A DNA stretch of 64,000 bases from Pelomyxa schiedti (Eukaryota > Protista > Evosea). Of this stretch, positions 24,905 through 38,600 are shown piece after piece. A program made the position numbers and the translations under genes. The stretch is from the NCBI GenBank assembly GCA_020536535.1, contig JAHLWZ010000849.1:11311-75310 (forward strand), read 5' to 3'. The notes below the pieces were generated by a model. The model saw only the letters and a list, made by a program, of their open reading frames with translations, was not told the origin of the DNA and did not search any database. The first letter of the stretch is position 1, and each line of letters opens with the position of its first letter.

Positions 24905-27900
24905 TCACCCCCAAACAGAGTGTGACCCGGTACTTGTGCCATAATGGAGCTCGGGAAGTGGAGTAGTTGCAGAAAAGCAATCTTCAGTATCTTTCTCATT
25001 GCTTCTGAGTTCGCATGGCTTTACCTGTTGGTGGGTTGCGGCAGGTGTGGAACCAGAGGAGCTCAAATCCTTTGGAATTAAGGGTACCCTTTCTTTTATT
25101 ACATATAAATAACCCCTTGACACAAAAAACGGGTTGTTTTTTTTGTTCTCTTGCTTCATTCTACAGTTTACATTTCAAAATGGTGTTACCTCTTATAAGG
25201 AGGGGGTTCTAGACTTCAGGGGTTCTCTCCCTGAAAGAAATGGATGAAGGTATGGAACAATCAGTGATGATGGTGTCTGCCTGGCGATCATGGGGGTCCT
25301 TTCTTTGGTGCCTTGGGTTTTTTGAGTGTGATGTGGGTCACCTTTTGTGAGATTGGTTTAGTTTAGTACCACGGAGATTAGGAATACAAGAATAGAGGAA
25401 AGATTCCAACCTTTTTTATAGCCCGTGAAATTGCTTGGGTATCGTTGTGGTGGCCTGGTTCAGAGTTTTCATCGTTATCATTACAATCTTTTGCTGGTTC
25501 CTGTCTTCGTTGGTTTAGTGGCATTGCATTTCTAAGCAAAGAAGGGCTGGTGCGGTCCCGAAGTGCAACTGCTTTCTGAAGAATAGTGCTTAACTCTGTT
25601 GGTGGATAGTTCTATGTTTGGAAGTGAGTAGTAGATATGAAGGTATTTTTGATATAACCTGAAGAAGAAACATATTTGAGGAAAAATCCCCTTCCAGGAG
25701 TTGGGCCTTCAAGTTTCTATACTTAGTAAGTGACTTTTGTACTGGGATGTGTAAGCTGTACATGATCATGGCACAACAAAAATGCAACATAAATTCAAAT
25801 CGATGGGGATCGGCAAATAGTGAGTCCCAGAGTCGCAGCACATCTGGAAGATCAAATTCCTGAGAAACAAGTAAAAGAATCCATCTCAATGAATATAACT
25901 GTGCAGAGGAGTAAGATAATGTTAAATAAGTGGAGGATAACTTCAATGGTGAGTCCTTTGCTCTCCAAATCAGACCATAACTGTTGGTATCTTACTTGAG
26001 GGGAAGCTATTATGTCTCTTCATACCTCGGGGTCATGGAATTCGAGCAGGGTGTCAAGTTGACCCAGAGTCTTGTGTACACCAACAGTTGAAGAGTCCAT
26101 TCTGTTAATCATCAAAAAGGAAAGGGACCACTTCCGCATACGATTTGATGAAATGATCCATGACCTCACCCATAAGCCCACTGAAGCAGAAGAATGTGTC
26201 TGCCTCGGCATTCAACATAGCCTCTATCCAGTTTAAGAAAAACCTTGTCACGCAGGAAACACTTTACCTGGATCATCTTTTCCCACATCCGACGTGCACA
26301 CATAATACAACGGGGCCAGAATGGCATTCATTCCTGTGTATGATGAGGAAGGATACAAGTAAAAACCTTGAACATAGCGTATTCCAGGATTTAGTTTTGC
26401 AAATAAGAATAGAATGTGTTTTAATGCATGGTAGTGTATTGTTTCACCTGACTAAATTTATGATTACTCAGAGCTTGCAACTCATGTTGTGTTACCGAAA
26501 AGTTGAATATGTGGAGATGAGGAGAAGTTCTTGTTATATCCTTATTGATTTCATTCAGTGCCACTTTATCGGGTGGTAAAGGAGAAAAAGTAGGAGGCTG
26601 GAAAACTTTAGAGAAACTAGCCAATAAGCTGTTTTGAATACAATCTGGCTGAGCCGAATCATTTCCTGATCAAATTCTGTTCTCCAGTCAGAGTAGCACC
26701 GTCTTTTTTCTTGTATTGTGGATTCCCACTGACTTCTATCCAATGGCAAGAAATCGAGAAGGATCTATGTTGCAGTCAGTCAAAAGGTAATCAGTACGTT
26801 TGCACCTTCCAGTAAGCAGGTCTTAACCTCTCGGGAATTCCTTGGAAAGCCAGTTCCCGGATGTAAGAAATCGATAGAGTGCCTGCGTTAGGCGAAATTG
26901 CTTCCCCATATAATGCAACTCTGCATTATGACTAAGAGAAGAAATGAAAGGTTGGGCACCTCTGGGATGACTTGCTAGGTTGCTTTGAGCATGCCTGAGA
27001 TATTAGAGTGGATGGCAGCGTTGTAGATGGAATCGAATCCCCATCAATAGACGGAGAGCGGCTGCTACACGGGAGGGGGAATGGAGTTGAAGGAGAAGAG
27101 CTATACTGTGCATCAGAGCTCAGGTCAGGTGAGGAAGAGTTTGAGGTGTGCTCAATGCTCTGAGGTACGGAAGGAAGGGGATATGCGGGAATAGCGTGGC
27201 GCATATGGGTTACTCCAGATCCATGTGACACCTGCCAGTTTCTGGGAGATTCGGGTGGTTGTGATTGATCAGAAGTGAGGCATGATGCGAAGTTTGAAAT
27301 TACACTCTTTGGCAGATTTTGTGGAACAGGAGTTGACGCAAATGCCCAAGCTGAAGGTTGAGTTCCTTTTTTGGTTTCAGAGGCAGCACCCATGGGAAGT
27401 GGCGTGGTTGAGGCAGGTTGCTCAGGTTCCTCAATTGGGTTCTGTGGTTTATCCAACAATATAGAGACAGGGAGTATCTGTTCTGTTGATTTTGCGCCAT
27501 TTTGATATGAAGACAAAGGCAAACATGGAGACGAAACCGGTGTTGGTGTAGACAAAGAATATGAAGTTAGCGGAGGTGGAGATATTGAAGATGCAGATGA
27601 AAAGGAAGAATCAAGGTTAGGGGATGGCTGTGGCTGTGGGGGGGTGGCCTGGTCAGAGACAGGAGGGGCAACCACATGCGCTTTTCTGGGCCCACATTCA
27701 GCAGAATCACCTGAACTACTTTCACCAACACACCCAAGTGAATCAACAGCCACCCCACTACCTGGCTCCGTGGTCCCATTAACGGCGGTAGTATTGTTGT
27801 GTATATTTCCGTTATCTTCAAGAATCGCCGTTTGGGACTGGGACTGGGACTGAGACTGAGACTGAGACTGGGCAGTTGGCCGCGGTGAATTTGTTGGGCT

Positions 27901-28500
27901 GGGCTGGTGTTGCCTGACAACGACGGGGCTTGATGAGTTCGCATCACCCAATGCCCCGAGAGAGAAGCCAGGCTTCGTCACGCCCATAGTACCCCCGTGG
28001 CCCAGTGACGCCTGAGAGGGAGGCCCAGTCCCACACGGCGCCTTTGGTTGCTGTTGCTGTTGTTGTTGTTGTTGTTGTTGTTGGCTGTGGTGGTGGCGGC
28101 ACTCACCCACGGCGTCGTTCTTGTCCCGGCCCCCGCCGCCCCCGGCCCCGTCGCCGCTGCCCCCACTGAGGCAGCCATAGGTCGTTATCATCAGCGGGCT
28201 GCTGGTCGCCGCCCCCGTCGGCGGGGGTGGCGGGCAGCGGGCAGCGGGGCACCCACCGCGGGTCGCCGGTACGTACTTGGGCAGGATGGGAGGGGGGATG
28301 CGGGACAGGGAGGTGCAGGGAAGCGGTGCCCTGCGGCGACAATAACCGCGTGGTGCTGGCTGAGGCGACGACGATGTCGGGGCAATCCGGGGTTGTGGAT
28401 TGGGCTGCTGCGATTGTTGGTGGTGTTGCTGCTCGCTGGTCTCGTGCGTGAACGCGGGCAGCAACTTGGGGTTTTCACACGGGGCTGAACCGTCGCTCAT
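24905..28500 (-). CDS. TBC-domain Rab GAP, TBC1D13-like, with a long low-complexity N-terminus
   Basis: R-finger 'INKDITRT', Q-finger exon 'YVQ/GMNE', 'EADTFFCFSGLMGE', 'YSLRWILLLVSQEFDLPDVLRLWDSLFADPHRFEF'. Confidence 0.85.
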
Positions 28501-28908
28501 TGGCCGAAAAAGAAGAAAAAAAAAAGGGGATTCCCCGAACGACAAAAAAAGAAAAAACAAGATGTTGGGGAAGCTGAGCAAACCGGGCGAAGAGTACTCC
28601 CTTGGTTAGCAGTTAACTGGGGCTCCAACCCAGTTAAACAAGCTGCTTGAGAAGAAAACAATTAATTTTTCCAAGAGACCAGTTTTAGATTTTAGTCACT
28701 GGAAAGTGATTTTTTGGGGAGTCCCACAACGGGAGACAATTACCATATCATAAGACTCATTTATGCGGGGAAAAAGAAGGCCTCCTCTTTTCCTTCCATT
28801 AGAATTCTACAGTAGTGCATTGGGGTTTTGTTGGTTGGTTGTGCCTGAGTTGTAGTGACTGTGTGTTTGAGAGTTTATAGCGGGTAATGGGGTAGGTTAG
28901 GTACGGTT

Positions 28909-31900
28909 CTAATAGGGGTATGCAGGGCAAGGCTCCAATGTGCAGTTGGCAAAACACCCAGGGTTAGCATGAAGGAATGGGTCTCCAATGAGTCGGTCGT
29001 GGTGCAAAGTCCACACAAGGGAACTCACGGAGTGGGAGCGTTTTCCTATTGGGATATACTCATAACCACGGTCAGGTTCCCCATATATCCTGTGTTAGTT
29101 TTAGAGTTGGGTTGTGGTTTTTCTTTAGTTTAGCTTACTCCGCAAGTTTAAGATCACCATCAATCATTCTACATAGCTGGAAAACTTGGTTTGGCCCCCC
29201 GACCCTTTGTATGACAACGAAGGAACCTGGTGTGCTGTAAAGCAGTCTCCTCAGGTCCTTGTCTTCCACCATTCCAGCAAACCAGACCTGTGAGCAGAGT
29301 TTGGTCATCTGTTGTTGGTGAACTTGTTAGTACGACTGAATTGTGGGAAAACAATTTGGGGTACGCAACTGCGAGAAAGTGCTCCGTTTTCGCGTAGAAG
29401 CATCCAAATGAAGCAATGAATGAGTTGAACTGCTTTGGAGTAATGTCACAGCCAATGCCTAGTTGTAATGTTAGTGTGTTTGTGAAGTTGGGTGTTGGTT
29501 GTACCGAGCGGGGCCCTCTGCAGGACATTAATCAACTCTTGGGGCTGCTGCAAGTTCGCCGCTAAACAGTTTCCAAAGTCCTTCCAAGGCACCTTCAACT
29601 TAAGCCCAAAGCAAGATATCCACCAGTTGAGGTCTCTCACATGTGGAATGTCGACTCTGAGGGTGATCTCCTTGAGCTTCTCTATTACAACCATGATGGG
29701 TGGTCTCTCTGTGGGTTCTTGGTGCCACATACTTTCAATGAGAGCTTTCATGTGTCCGGCCTATGACATAGAGTGAGAAGGGTGTGAAGAAAACTGGAAT
29801 TGGCAAAACCACTCACCAGTGTTTGTGGTGCCCATGGCTTATTCGGTGCATTTAGTGGGTAAAATGAAGGCCTTTTGCCATCTTGCAGCGCAGTTATGAC
29901 TTGGTTGGTATTATACCCAGGAAAGACTGGCAGCCTTGTGAACATTTTAAAGAACGTTACACCCAATGCAAAGCTGTTGTAACCAAAAGAAAAAGAAAAC
30001 ACGTGAGCAATTTTTGTATTGAGAGTGGTGACTTCTTTCTCCCTTCACCCTTTATTTTACTTGACTACTCACAAACATACATATCAGTAGATGTAGACCC
30101 ACAACAGACAAGTTGAGGTGTAGCTGAAGAACGGGAAGAATTCTGCGGAGAAAACATCTCGGGTGGCATATAACCGACTAGGGAAAGTTTCAAGTAATTG
30201 ATTTATTCGAATTAAGGTTACGCCAAATAGTCAGCTGGACATACCAGTGCCTAATCCCGGATCAGTTTCGAGGTGGCTCTTCCCATTGGGCAGCTGCCGT
30301 GCGAATCCAAAATCAGCCAGCTAAGTTTACATGTTTAGGCCTTCTTGAAAGGGGAGGGACAATCTTACTTGTACTTTCAAACCTTGGAAGTCATCCCTAC
30401 GGAGCAATATGTTGCTCGGTTTGATGTCTCTAAACGGCTGGTTAGCTTTGACTAGGACTTGTGAAGCAGGGAGAGAGGGACCCGAACCGATGCAGAGTCT
30501 TCATAACAACATGGAGATGTGCCACAGCTTTTGACTGTTTAGGGTTGGGTGAGTTAGTGAAATAAAGAAAATCTCCTTGCGAAAAGAAAGGAAGGGATGT
30601 GGAGGAGTAAACTCACCATCTGAAGTGCTATTTGCAACATTCCTGTGAACCATTCATCAACGTTATCAGTAGTGAACTCCTTTGGTACTCCGGGAATACA
30701 CTTGGGGTTTTCGATCAATGTCTGCAGATCTCCAGCCATCTCCGGCATTACAAAAGTCGCCATATCACTAGTCTCGCATACATCTGTAGAACGAATCAAT
30801 GAATGAATTAAGAGAGGTGAAAAAACTCTTACAGTAAAGGGGTACAATGTACTCATGGCTGGCACTTCTCAACAACATGGCCTCGTACTTGACGCGCCTA
30901 ACGGGAGTGGGATTTGCGCCGATGAGTGGTACTTCCTTGATGGCATAACGACAGTCTAACATTGTGGCGCGGTACACTTGGCCATAGGTGCCGCCTGCGA
31001 TCCTTTCACCACGGGTGATTTTCCCTGTTACATCCAGCACGGACTTTGGCCAGTTTGGCTCCTCGAATTGTGAACCCCTTGGTTTGCTGCTTTCTCCTGT
31101 CTGTCCCACAACTATTGCTCCCCCTCCAACTCCTAGTCCTGAAACCAAAGCAATTCCCCCTAGAACTGGGGTAGCGGCAGCATTGGGTAGTATTGTGGGA
31201 ATAGGTGTAGTGGTGTTTGCTGGTACTGTTTTACTTGTTGTTGTGTAAGTGGTTGTGCAACAGTTCACATTATGGCTGTCATCCTCCGCCACAAGAACTG
31301 GCTTTGGTACTGGTTTTGGTATTGCAGGAGGCAAGGTGGCAGTGCGACTCTTGGAAATTGGTTCACTCACCGCGACGTCTTCATCATTATCTGGGGTCAG
31401 TACCTCGTCACCTTGCTCTTGTTCATAGTCGTGAGCCCCTGAGGTGTGATGATGGTGATTACTGTGACGCGGCAGGGTTGCAATGTTACTGTTGGTGTCG
31501 TCGTGGTAATCATCTTCCGTGCAAGTGATTTCTCCACTGTAAGGTTGGCGCGAACCAAGGCACACTACAGACTCCTCTCTGTCAGCAGACGCAGAGCCGT
31601 AGACATATGTGGAGGCTTGTTGATGGACAGAGGGGTTGCATCTCTGGGACCGCTCCGAGTTGGGAGCCATGGCCTGCCAAGCGCGGGCCGTATCGGCTGC
31701 AGAGGGGAGAACCAGCTTGAGGCAGTCTGCGTCGCTCAGCCATAGATCAGGGAGGGAAGTCCGTGCAAGCTGTGCATCCGCGGCAGAATCAAAAATAACG
31801 TAGGTGACGTGACACCCAATAGCCGGGAAAGAATCTTGAACCCTATTTTTTGATGGTTTGCCATACCAGTTTCTCGTTCGCAGTAACTGAAAAAAAAAAA

Positions 31901-32550
31901 ACTTCAAAACGCAAAATGCCGTGGATGACGAGACGAGGAGACGAGATGGCGGTTGGGGGGAACAAAAAAACCAAAAGAAATGGAACACGGACCCCCTTAT
32001 CAGTGTCGTAGTAGTCGCACGGCGGTACTCTTCCTTCAGCCTGTTCCACTTTCTTGCTGTGCAGACGAGGTAATACCGGTAGTTCGTCGCATAAGTCCGC
32101 AGCCATGTTGCTATTTCTTTTATTTGTTTGATTTTGGGGTTTTTTTTTTACCGCCTTTGTCTTTAATGCCCTGCGGTACAATTTAATTGGCATGCTCCGA
32201 AACTATCGGTTTGGCGAATCCTATAGTTTTACGCATCCTCCTTTATTTTTAATAAGTAATATTATCTGTCTTAGCCGAAAGCGCGAGGAAGATCTCCTCG
32301 CATTGAAGTCGAGATGTTTGTACTTCCTTTACTGCCTGCCACTTGACCCTTATTGTGTTGTAAAAAGCATAAATCCCTCTTTAACAGATGATCTCACCAT
32401 CACAAGACGAAACATGAAGTTTGGGGAAGCCACTCTTTTGGCAGTAATACAGAACAAAATGAATGTGTTTTAACAACGAACTTAAGGAAGAAACTCTTCT
32501 CCCACAAATGAAAGCGAGATAGCCTACAGTTTTGTTTGTACCTCCTCATG
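28909..32550 (-). CDS. Protein kinase with a C-terminal helical/SH2-like region (Dictyostelium Shk-like architecture); start uncertain
   Basis: 'IAGGTYGQVY', 'AIKEV', 'HR/DIKPSNILL', 'LADFGFAR', 'YMPPEMF', 'LIESMWHQEPTERP'. The post-kinase segment 'WWISCFGLKLKVPWKDF...QFNSFIASFG...WNG' resembles the Shk linker and the start of an SH2. Confidence 0.75.
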
Positions 32551-35354
32551 GTTACACTTGGCTCTCGTGAAGATAAAACAATAAAATTTTTTTGATTTTT
32601 CACTGAACGCCCAAAACAAGCAACCATTTCGTGGGTCTCTGGTCTCTCTCTGGGGGTGGTCTCTTGTGTGCTGTTTGTGCTTTGAGTGGGGGGTGTCATA
32701 TCTTCCCAAAGCCGGTATATGCCACTCAAGCTCTGGTAACGAAATGGTGAATCCCATCACCCACATGCACAAACAGAAGAGAACCACCCCCAGGGATTCA
32801 ATCCTGGTGGAAAATGTTAGGGTACTGTATAAAATTATAATTCAAACTACCTTTTGAAATGGGCCGAATTTCGTGGGTCTCTGATTGTGCTTAAAAAAGA
32901 AAGAAACGCCTACGAAGCATATTAAATTCACACACTCCTTTATTATGAATAAAAAACAAACCACGTATAGAAAAAATAAAAACACTTTTTACGTAAGCGT
33001 GAAAACAGAAAAGCAATAACCATACAAGAACGTAAGAGACTAAACACGTCAGAGGCTGCGCCGCCGATGTTGCCTAGTAAAAAAACTCCGGTGCTGCGAC
33101 CGAGAAGATGCGAGCGAAAAGAAAATTAAAAACGATCCGAAAGGAAAAAAACGAAAGTCTAAAAATTACGCACTTTGATCCAGGTTTTTTTTGGAGGTGG
33201 TGACGCGGTTGGGTATTGCTGCGGGTTGTTGTGGGAGGGGAACAACACACCCGTGCCCGAATGAGACGAGACGTCGGGGTCGGCGTCGCAATTGTGGGAT
33301 GCCGTGACGGGGCATTATTATCGTGGGGTTGCCGGCTACTACGAAGTCGGCTTGGCTCATCCATCGTGATTGCGATCGTGAACGTGATTGGGGGCTGGTT
33401 GGTGGCCAGCTTGGTGCTTTTTTTTTTTTGGTTGTGGCCTCCCCCCATCTTTCCTGGGTGGTGGACCGGACCAGCTGTATTGTTGTTGCCCCGGCATATG
33501 TTGGCAACACATATATTCGTGGTGAACAAGATGCCTGGAATATGCGCACAAATAGTTGATTGATGTTGGAGCATGCTTCATCAAGGCCGCTTTCAGCATT
33601 TTTTCCTGCAAGCTCCGCCGGCATCCATTGTTGTGCGGCGCTGATGATTATTGCCCAAGGAGGAAGGAAATCCCCATTGTGGTTTTTGGTTTTGGTGCAT
33701 TTTCCCCTCCCAACGCCAACTGGTCTCCGCGAGATGTGTCGTTGCACCCAACCGACACATCAAAAAAAACCGCCTCCCAGTATTCTCTGCATCACAGATT
33801 CACAGTTATTTTTTTCTATGACAGACCCCCTTAGGGGTCCTCATACTTCTTCTGTTGGAAGGCTATATACTCTGTATGTCAACAGGTGAAACACAGAGAC
33901 TTCTGCCTGGTACCCTCAGATTGATTTCCCCGTAGTAAGAAGCAACACACCGGGGACGTACTTGTTAACAACCACTGTAAGAGGATACGAGTATTGCCCC
34001 CACTCATATCATTCCCCCCATAGTTCTGTTGTTTTGCGAGAGCAACACAAGCTGTACGGAATGGTTGATAAGCATTCCACATGACACTGGATGAGGTGAA
34101 ATGATTCCCTTATTCAGACTCAAAACCAAATACAACACAGGTTTTGGAAATTTGGGTGTGTGAACCAGAGAACCTCTGCTAACACCAAGCTGTAAGTCTG
34201 GCAGATGCTGTGGAGAGTGTTCCAGAGATAATGCTTCCATAGCTAGAGAGAAGTTCGTTGCCACACCCAGGGTTTGTAAGGTAACTTTCAACACCCATCA
34301 GAATGTGGCCGTATGTGCGTGACACTGGCCAAGTCGCCACAAACAACAACACTGAGCTCACTCACACATTACACTTGGGCATTTAAGTCTGGGTGTGTAC
34401 ACAATTTGTATTTTCCCTGTTTGTTTTTTTAAAAACGGTAGGTTTTTTTGGAATACAGCCCAAATGTACATATTTACTGAAGCGAGACGGACCAGACCTT
34501 TAATTCCTTCCACAACAACTCCTGAAAGTACCCTCACAATGAGCTGAAAACGAGAATTAAACTGGATGAAGTGCACTTCTGTGGTGTGCAGTGGTCATTG
34601 ATCATACCTCCTCTCTTTCTCCACACAAGCACCGCACACAGGCTCACTCTGCTCGTCACCATCACCTTCTTCTTTTATAGACCTAACGTTATTATTGTCT
34701 CTCCCACAAGACAATAATAAACTCGGAAGTTGTGTGATGGAGTTTTTCAACTTGGGTCTGAAAATTGGGGAGTTGTTTGAAAAGATAAATTCCTGGTAAA
34801 AAGAAAAATTTTATTTTTACAACCCCGCGTTTGGAGTGCCGGGGACGATGTGGGAGCAGGAGAGTGCATTCATTTGCACTCATGGATGTTCTTGTGATAG
34901 CGTGTGTTGATGATGTTCATTGAGGTGTGTAGAGTGACTCCATTGCCTGGCTGTGTGTTCTCTGAGATCTCAATGGAGTGTCTGTCACATTGAAATGTCT
35001 GTCTACCACGGAGATTGAACAGTGTTCTCAGGAAATTATCACCAACGGCAATCCCAACTCAAACAGCCCCTGCCTCATTCTCAGTCCCAGGCCGAGCCTC
35101 CCCTCTGCGGAGCCCAATTCCATGAAAGGCTGGCCCTGCTGCTCGGCGCCCTGGGGGGTACGGGCGACGCTGGTGGCGTGAGCGTCGAGCTGAGAGTGAG
35201 ACTTAACAAAAAGAAAAATGGAAACGTACCTGCTTGGTCACCCACTGGGGCCACTTCTGTGGTTGTCTTCAACCTGTGTGAGGAGAGAATAAGTCCAAAA
35301 AGAAAACTAAACGAAAACGAAATAAACAGCCCACTGCAGCGTAGGTCAGTAACT

Positions 35355-35533
35355 GTTGGGAGCCATGGCCTGCCAATCACGGGGTATCGGTTGCATAGGG
35401 GAGAGCCAGCCTGACGCTCAACCAGAGGTCCCTAATCGTTCCACATGGCTGCGACGAGTACTACCGGTATTACCTCGTCTTGCTGTGCAAGAAAGTGGAA
35501 CAATTTGAAGGAAGAGTACCGTGCGACTACTAC
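35355..35533. pseudogene. Two rearranged fragments copied from the neighbouring kinase gene
   Basis: 35355-35414 matches 31659-31720 in the same orientation. 35443-35533 matches 32007-32108 in inverted orientation, with indels. Confidence 0.8.
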
Positions 35534-35669
35534 GGCCAAGCAAAAACACCGACGATTAGCTTTGAACAACGGCCCACCTTGTTTTGGTTTCTTTTGTAAA
35601 AAAAAACTTCAAATTGACATCAGCATTAACGTTTGACAGATTCTGGAAGTTGCACATAGCCAAACCTTG

Positions 35670-38600
35670 CTAGCCAGAACTATCCAAGGTGCTGGAAACG
35701 TCCTCGGGAGGAGCCTCATTGAGGCTGCTGTGGCTGTGACGGTGGTGATGGTGATGCCCGTGGTGGTGGTGATGGTGGCTGTGTGTTTTGTGTTTGTGTG
35801 GAAGGGAGATGATGCCTTGCTGTGGGTCTACCTGCAGGTCTACGGAACTGCTTTTGCTGGTGTCACTTTGTTGGTGGGAGTGTGCCTCTGATGATCCAGA
35901 AGAGCTGGGTTCCAGGTGGCTGGAAATGGTGAGGTCTGGTGTGTTCCCCACAATTGACTGCGACGTTGAGCCTATGACATCACTTAGCTGGATATTCGAG
36001 CCGGAGTGACTTCGCGATGAGGGCGGGGGTGAGAATCTCGGCAGAACGTTCGCTTCGCTGAAAGATGTATCCCCGGCAATGGAATTGAAGTCGAAGCTGT
36101 CAAATAAGTTATCGGAAGTGCCTCCTGGATTTGTGGTTGTGGGTTGTGAGGTGATGTCTGCTTCAAAGCTGTTGAAGGCACTCAATGTGGAAAAGCGAGA
36201 GCTGCTGTGGTCCTGGGCGGACCTAGACGGGGTGGCTATCTTTCTGTTCAAGCTTTCGAGGACTGTGCAATAGTTGCTACTGTTGGTAGGTTGTGAATCA
36301 GCTTTATCGCTTGTTTTGTGGCTACTTTCGGGTTCCACAAACGACGCAAAGGAATTCTCCTCATCGTTTCCGGTACGAAGAGCTTCAAAGCTTTCCTCAA
36401 AAAGTAACAGAGAGCTGTGTCCTCCCGATCCCTGTGATCTGGTTTTCCCTGTAGTTACCCCTTTATCAGACTCAACGAATGAGTTCCACAATTCACTATC
36501 CCCAGTTTGAACGGAAGCGACATCATTAGACTGCACAATAGAGTGCACACCAGTGTGACTTGGAGTGTTGCCCAATGAAGGAAATTTCTGTACACTGATT
36601 TGAAGTTCTTCTGACCTCCCAGATGATTGCTCGAGGGCATTTTCCATGCTACCCGAAATCAACAAACTGTCAGTTGATTTTCTGGAAGAACTCCTCGGGT
36701 CTGTAGAACCTGCACTTGTCAACTGCAATGAGCCAAAACTAGTTTCACATGTGCTGAGCTTTGCATTTAAGCTGGCTAAGACCGATTCATAAGAATCTCT
36801 TTTATCAACTGGTGCTAAACAGGGAGTTGGTGTTTGCATTTGAACCCTAGCACTTGGTTTAGCAGAGGAGGCATCCAAATCCAATGAATTAGAATAATAA
36901 TGGTCTTCGCTGTTTTCTTCCTCCTGTGCATTCAAAATATCATGTGCCAGTTCTGATAAGCAAATGCTATCAGAATCAACTTTGTAATTCTCTCTGTGAA
37001 GAACAGATGAGCCTTCCATTTGTATTGACCAAGTCCCACTGTTAGCAATAGACACTGATTGAGAGTCATTAAAAGAGGGAAAGTAGGTGTTCCACGAAAG
37101 TTCTCTACTCTCCAAGGAAGCTGGGTTCACAGACGACTTATGGCTTGAGTTACTCTTTCCAGATTTCAGCTTTGATGGCAATGGCTCACCACTTACGCTA
37201 GGGCTGGCAGTTGTTTTTTGTGTTCCTGTCACCAGGGAGTTGTGCTTTGACTGAGGTGTCTCACTTGACTTGCTGTTGCTTGTAAGGCAAAAGGAGTGAA
37301 CTTCGGACTTATCACAATGAGTAGTTCCAGAAGGAAGAGTACTTAGGGGCTCAATTAAATGAGTCCCAGAATTAGATGTAAGGTAATCTTGAATATCATT
37401 GCTCTGGACGATGGCGGAGTCAAGGCTGGCAAAACAACTAGTGTTGGGTTTGCTGATCACTGTGGAAGTCATCAGGTTATCATCGAGGTCTTCAGTACAG
37501 ATAGAGGACATTTGGGCACAGTGTTCAATATGAGATACAGGAGTTCTTGTCAGTCCTGCAGATAATGAGGGACTTTCCTTGTCAACGACAGGCTTTTCCA
37601 CAGTTAGCGAGGGGTAGTCTTTGTCAAGGGGATCATAAACTGCGGAATAATTGTCTGTATGAGACTGGGATGCATCACTGATATGAGACACTTCACCAAG
37701 AATCTCGTCCACAGTGTTAAAAATAGTGGACTGAAAGCTTAACTTTTTCGACTCAGAAGAGACGGGTAGTTGCGAGAAAGATGATAATATCGAGACAGAG
37801 GACCCTGACAAAGAGTTTTTGGATAGATCGACCTCGGGTGCCACCTCGGGAATAGGTGTGCTGGGAGGTGGTGGGATTTGGTTGGAGTCTTTTTCAGATT
37901 GGGAGTGATGAGCTGCAATAAGGGATCTGGTGGTAACATCAGAGAGAGGTTTGAAAGTATGTTCAGTGGAAGGTTTTTCTGAAGAATGACGGCTACTTTT
38001 TCTGCTCGTGGTTTCCCCAAGGGAATGATTTTTTGAAGACTGTATACTTTTTAACTTCGTTGTGGTTGATGAACTTGGTGGTTGCTGGTTACTTAAGAAG
38101 GAATGATGTGAATACACTGTCTCTGAATCCTCTGGATCACGTTCATCAGACACGATTTCAACAGTGCCAAATAAGTTACCACTACTATCACTTAAGAACA
38201 CTGAACTTACACCGTCTTCAGACGTGTTAATGCTTTCTACACCTGTAAACAAAGTCATATAACCGTCTGTACTATGAGAAGATTCTCCTGCTGTGGCAGT
38301 CCTGGTGCGGTCATTCCTTATACGTGGGTTGGAGAGTTGAATTTTTGAATCTTCTTGTACTGACTGTGGCCCGCGTGAAGACCTCTCTGACAAGGACTCG
38401 AAACTTGATGGCTTCATGGAGTCCACAGAGTCGGCACAGTAAGACGGAGGAAAATCGGTGGAATCTATTATTAGAGATTCGGAGGAAGCGTCAATGCGTT
38501 CTTGGGAAATTAGAACGTCAACACTTTTATCTCTATCAGAAGCGTGGAAGGAAGGAGATTCTCGCAAATACAACGTTGAAGAGGAGGGAAAGTAGGCTTC

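Noticed and set aside
28040-28085. CAA/CAG microsatellites (also 24270-24300 and 19130-19155)
   Set aside because: These are ordinary poly-Gln coding tracts, common in amoebozoan proteins.
32020-32075. Myb/trihelix motif in 'CTARKWNRLKEEYRR'
   Set aside because: The match is too short and the upstream helices are not identifiable.
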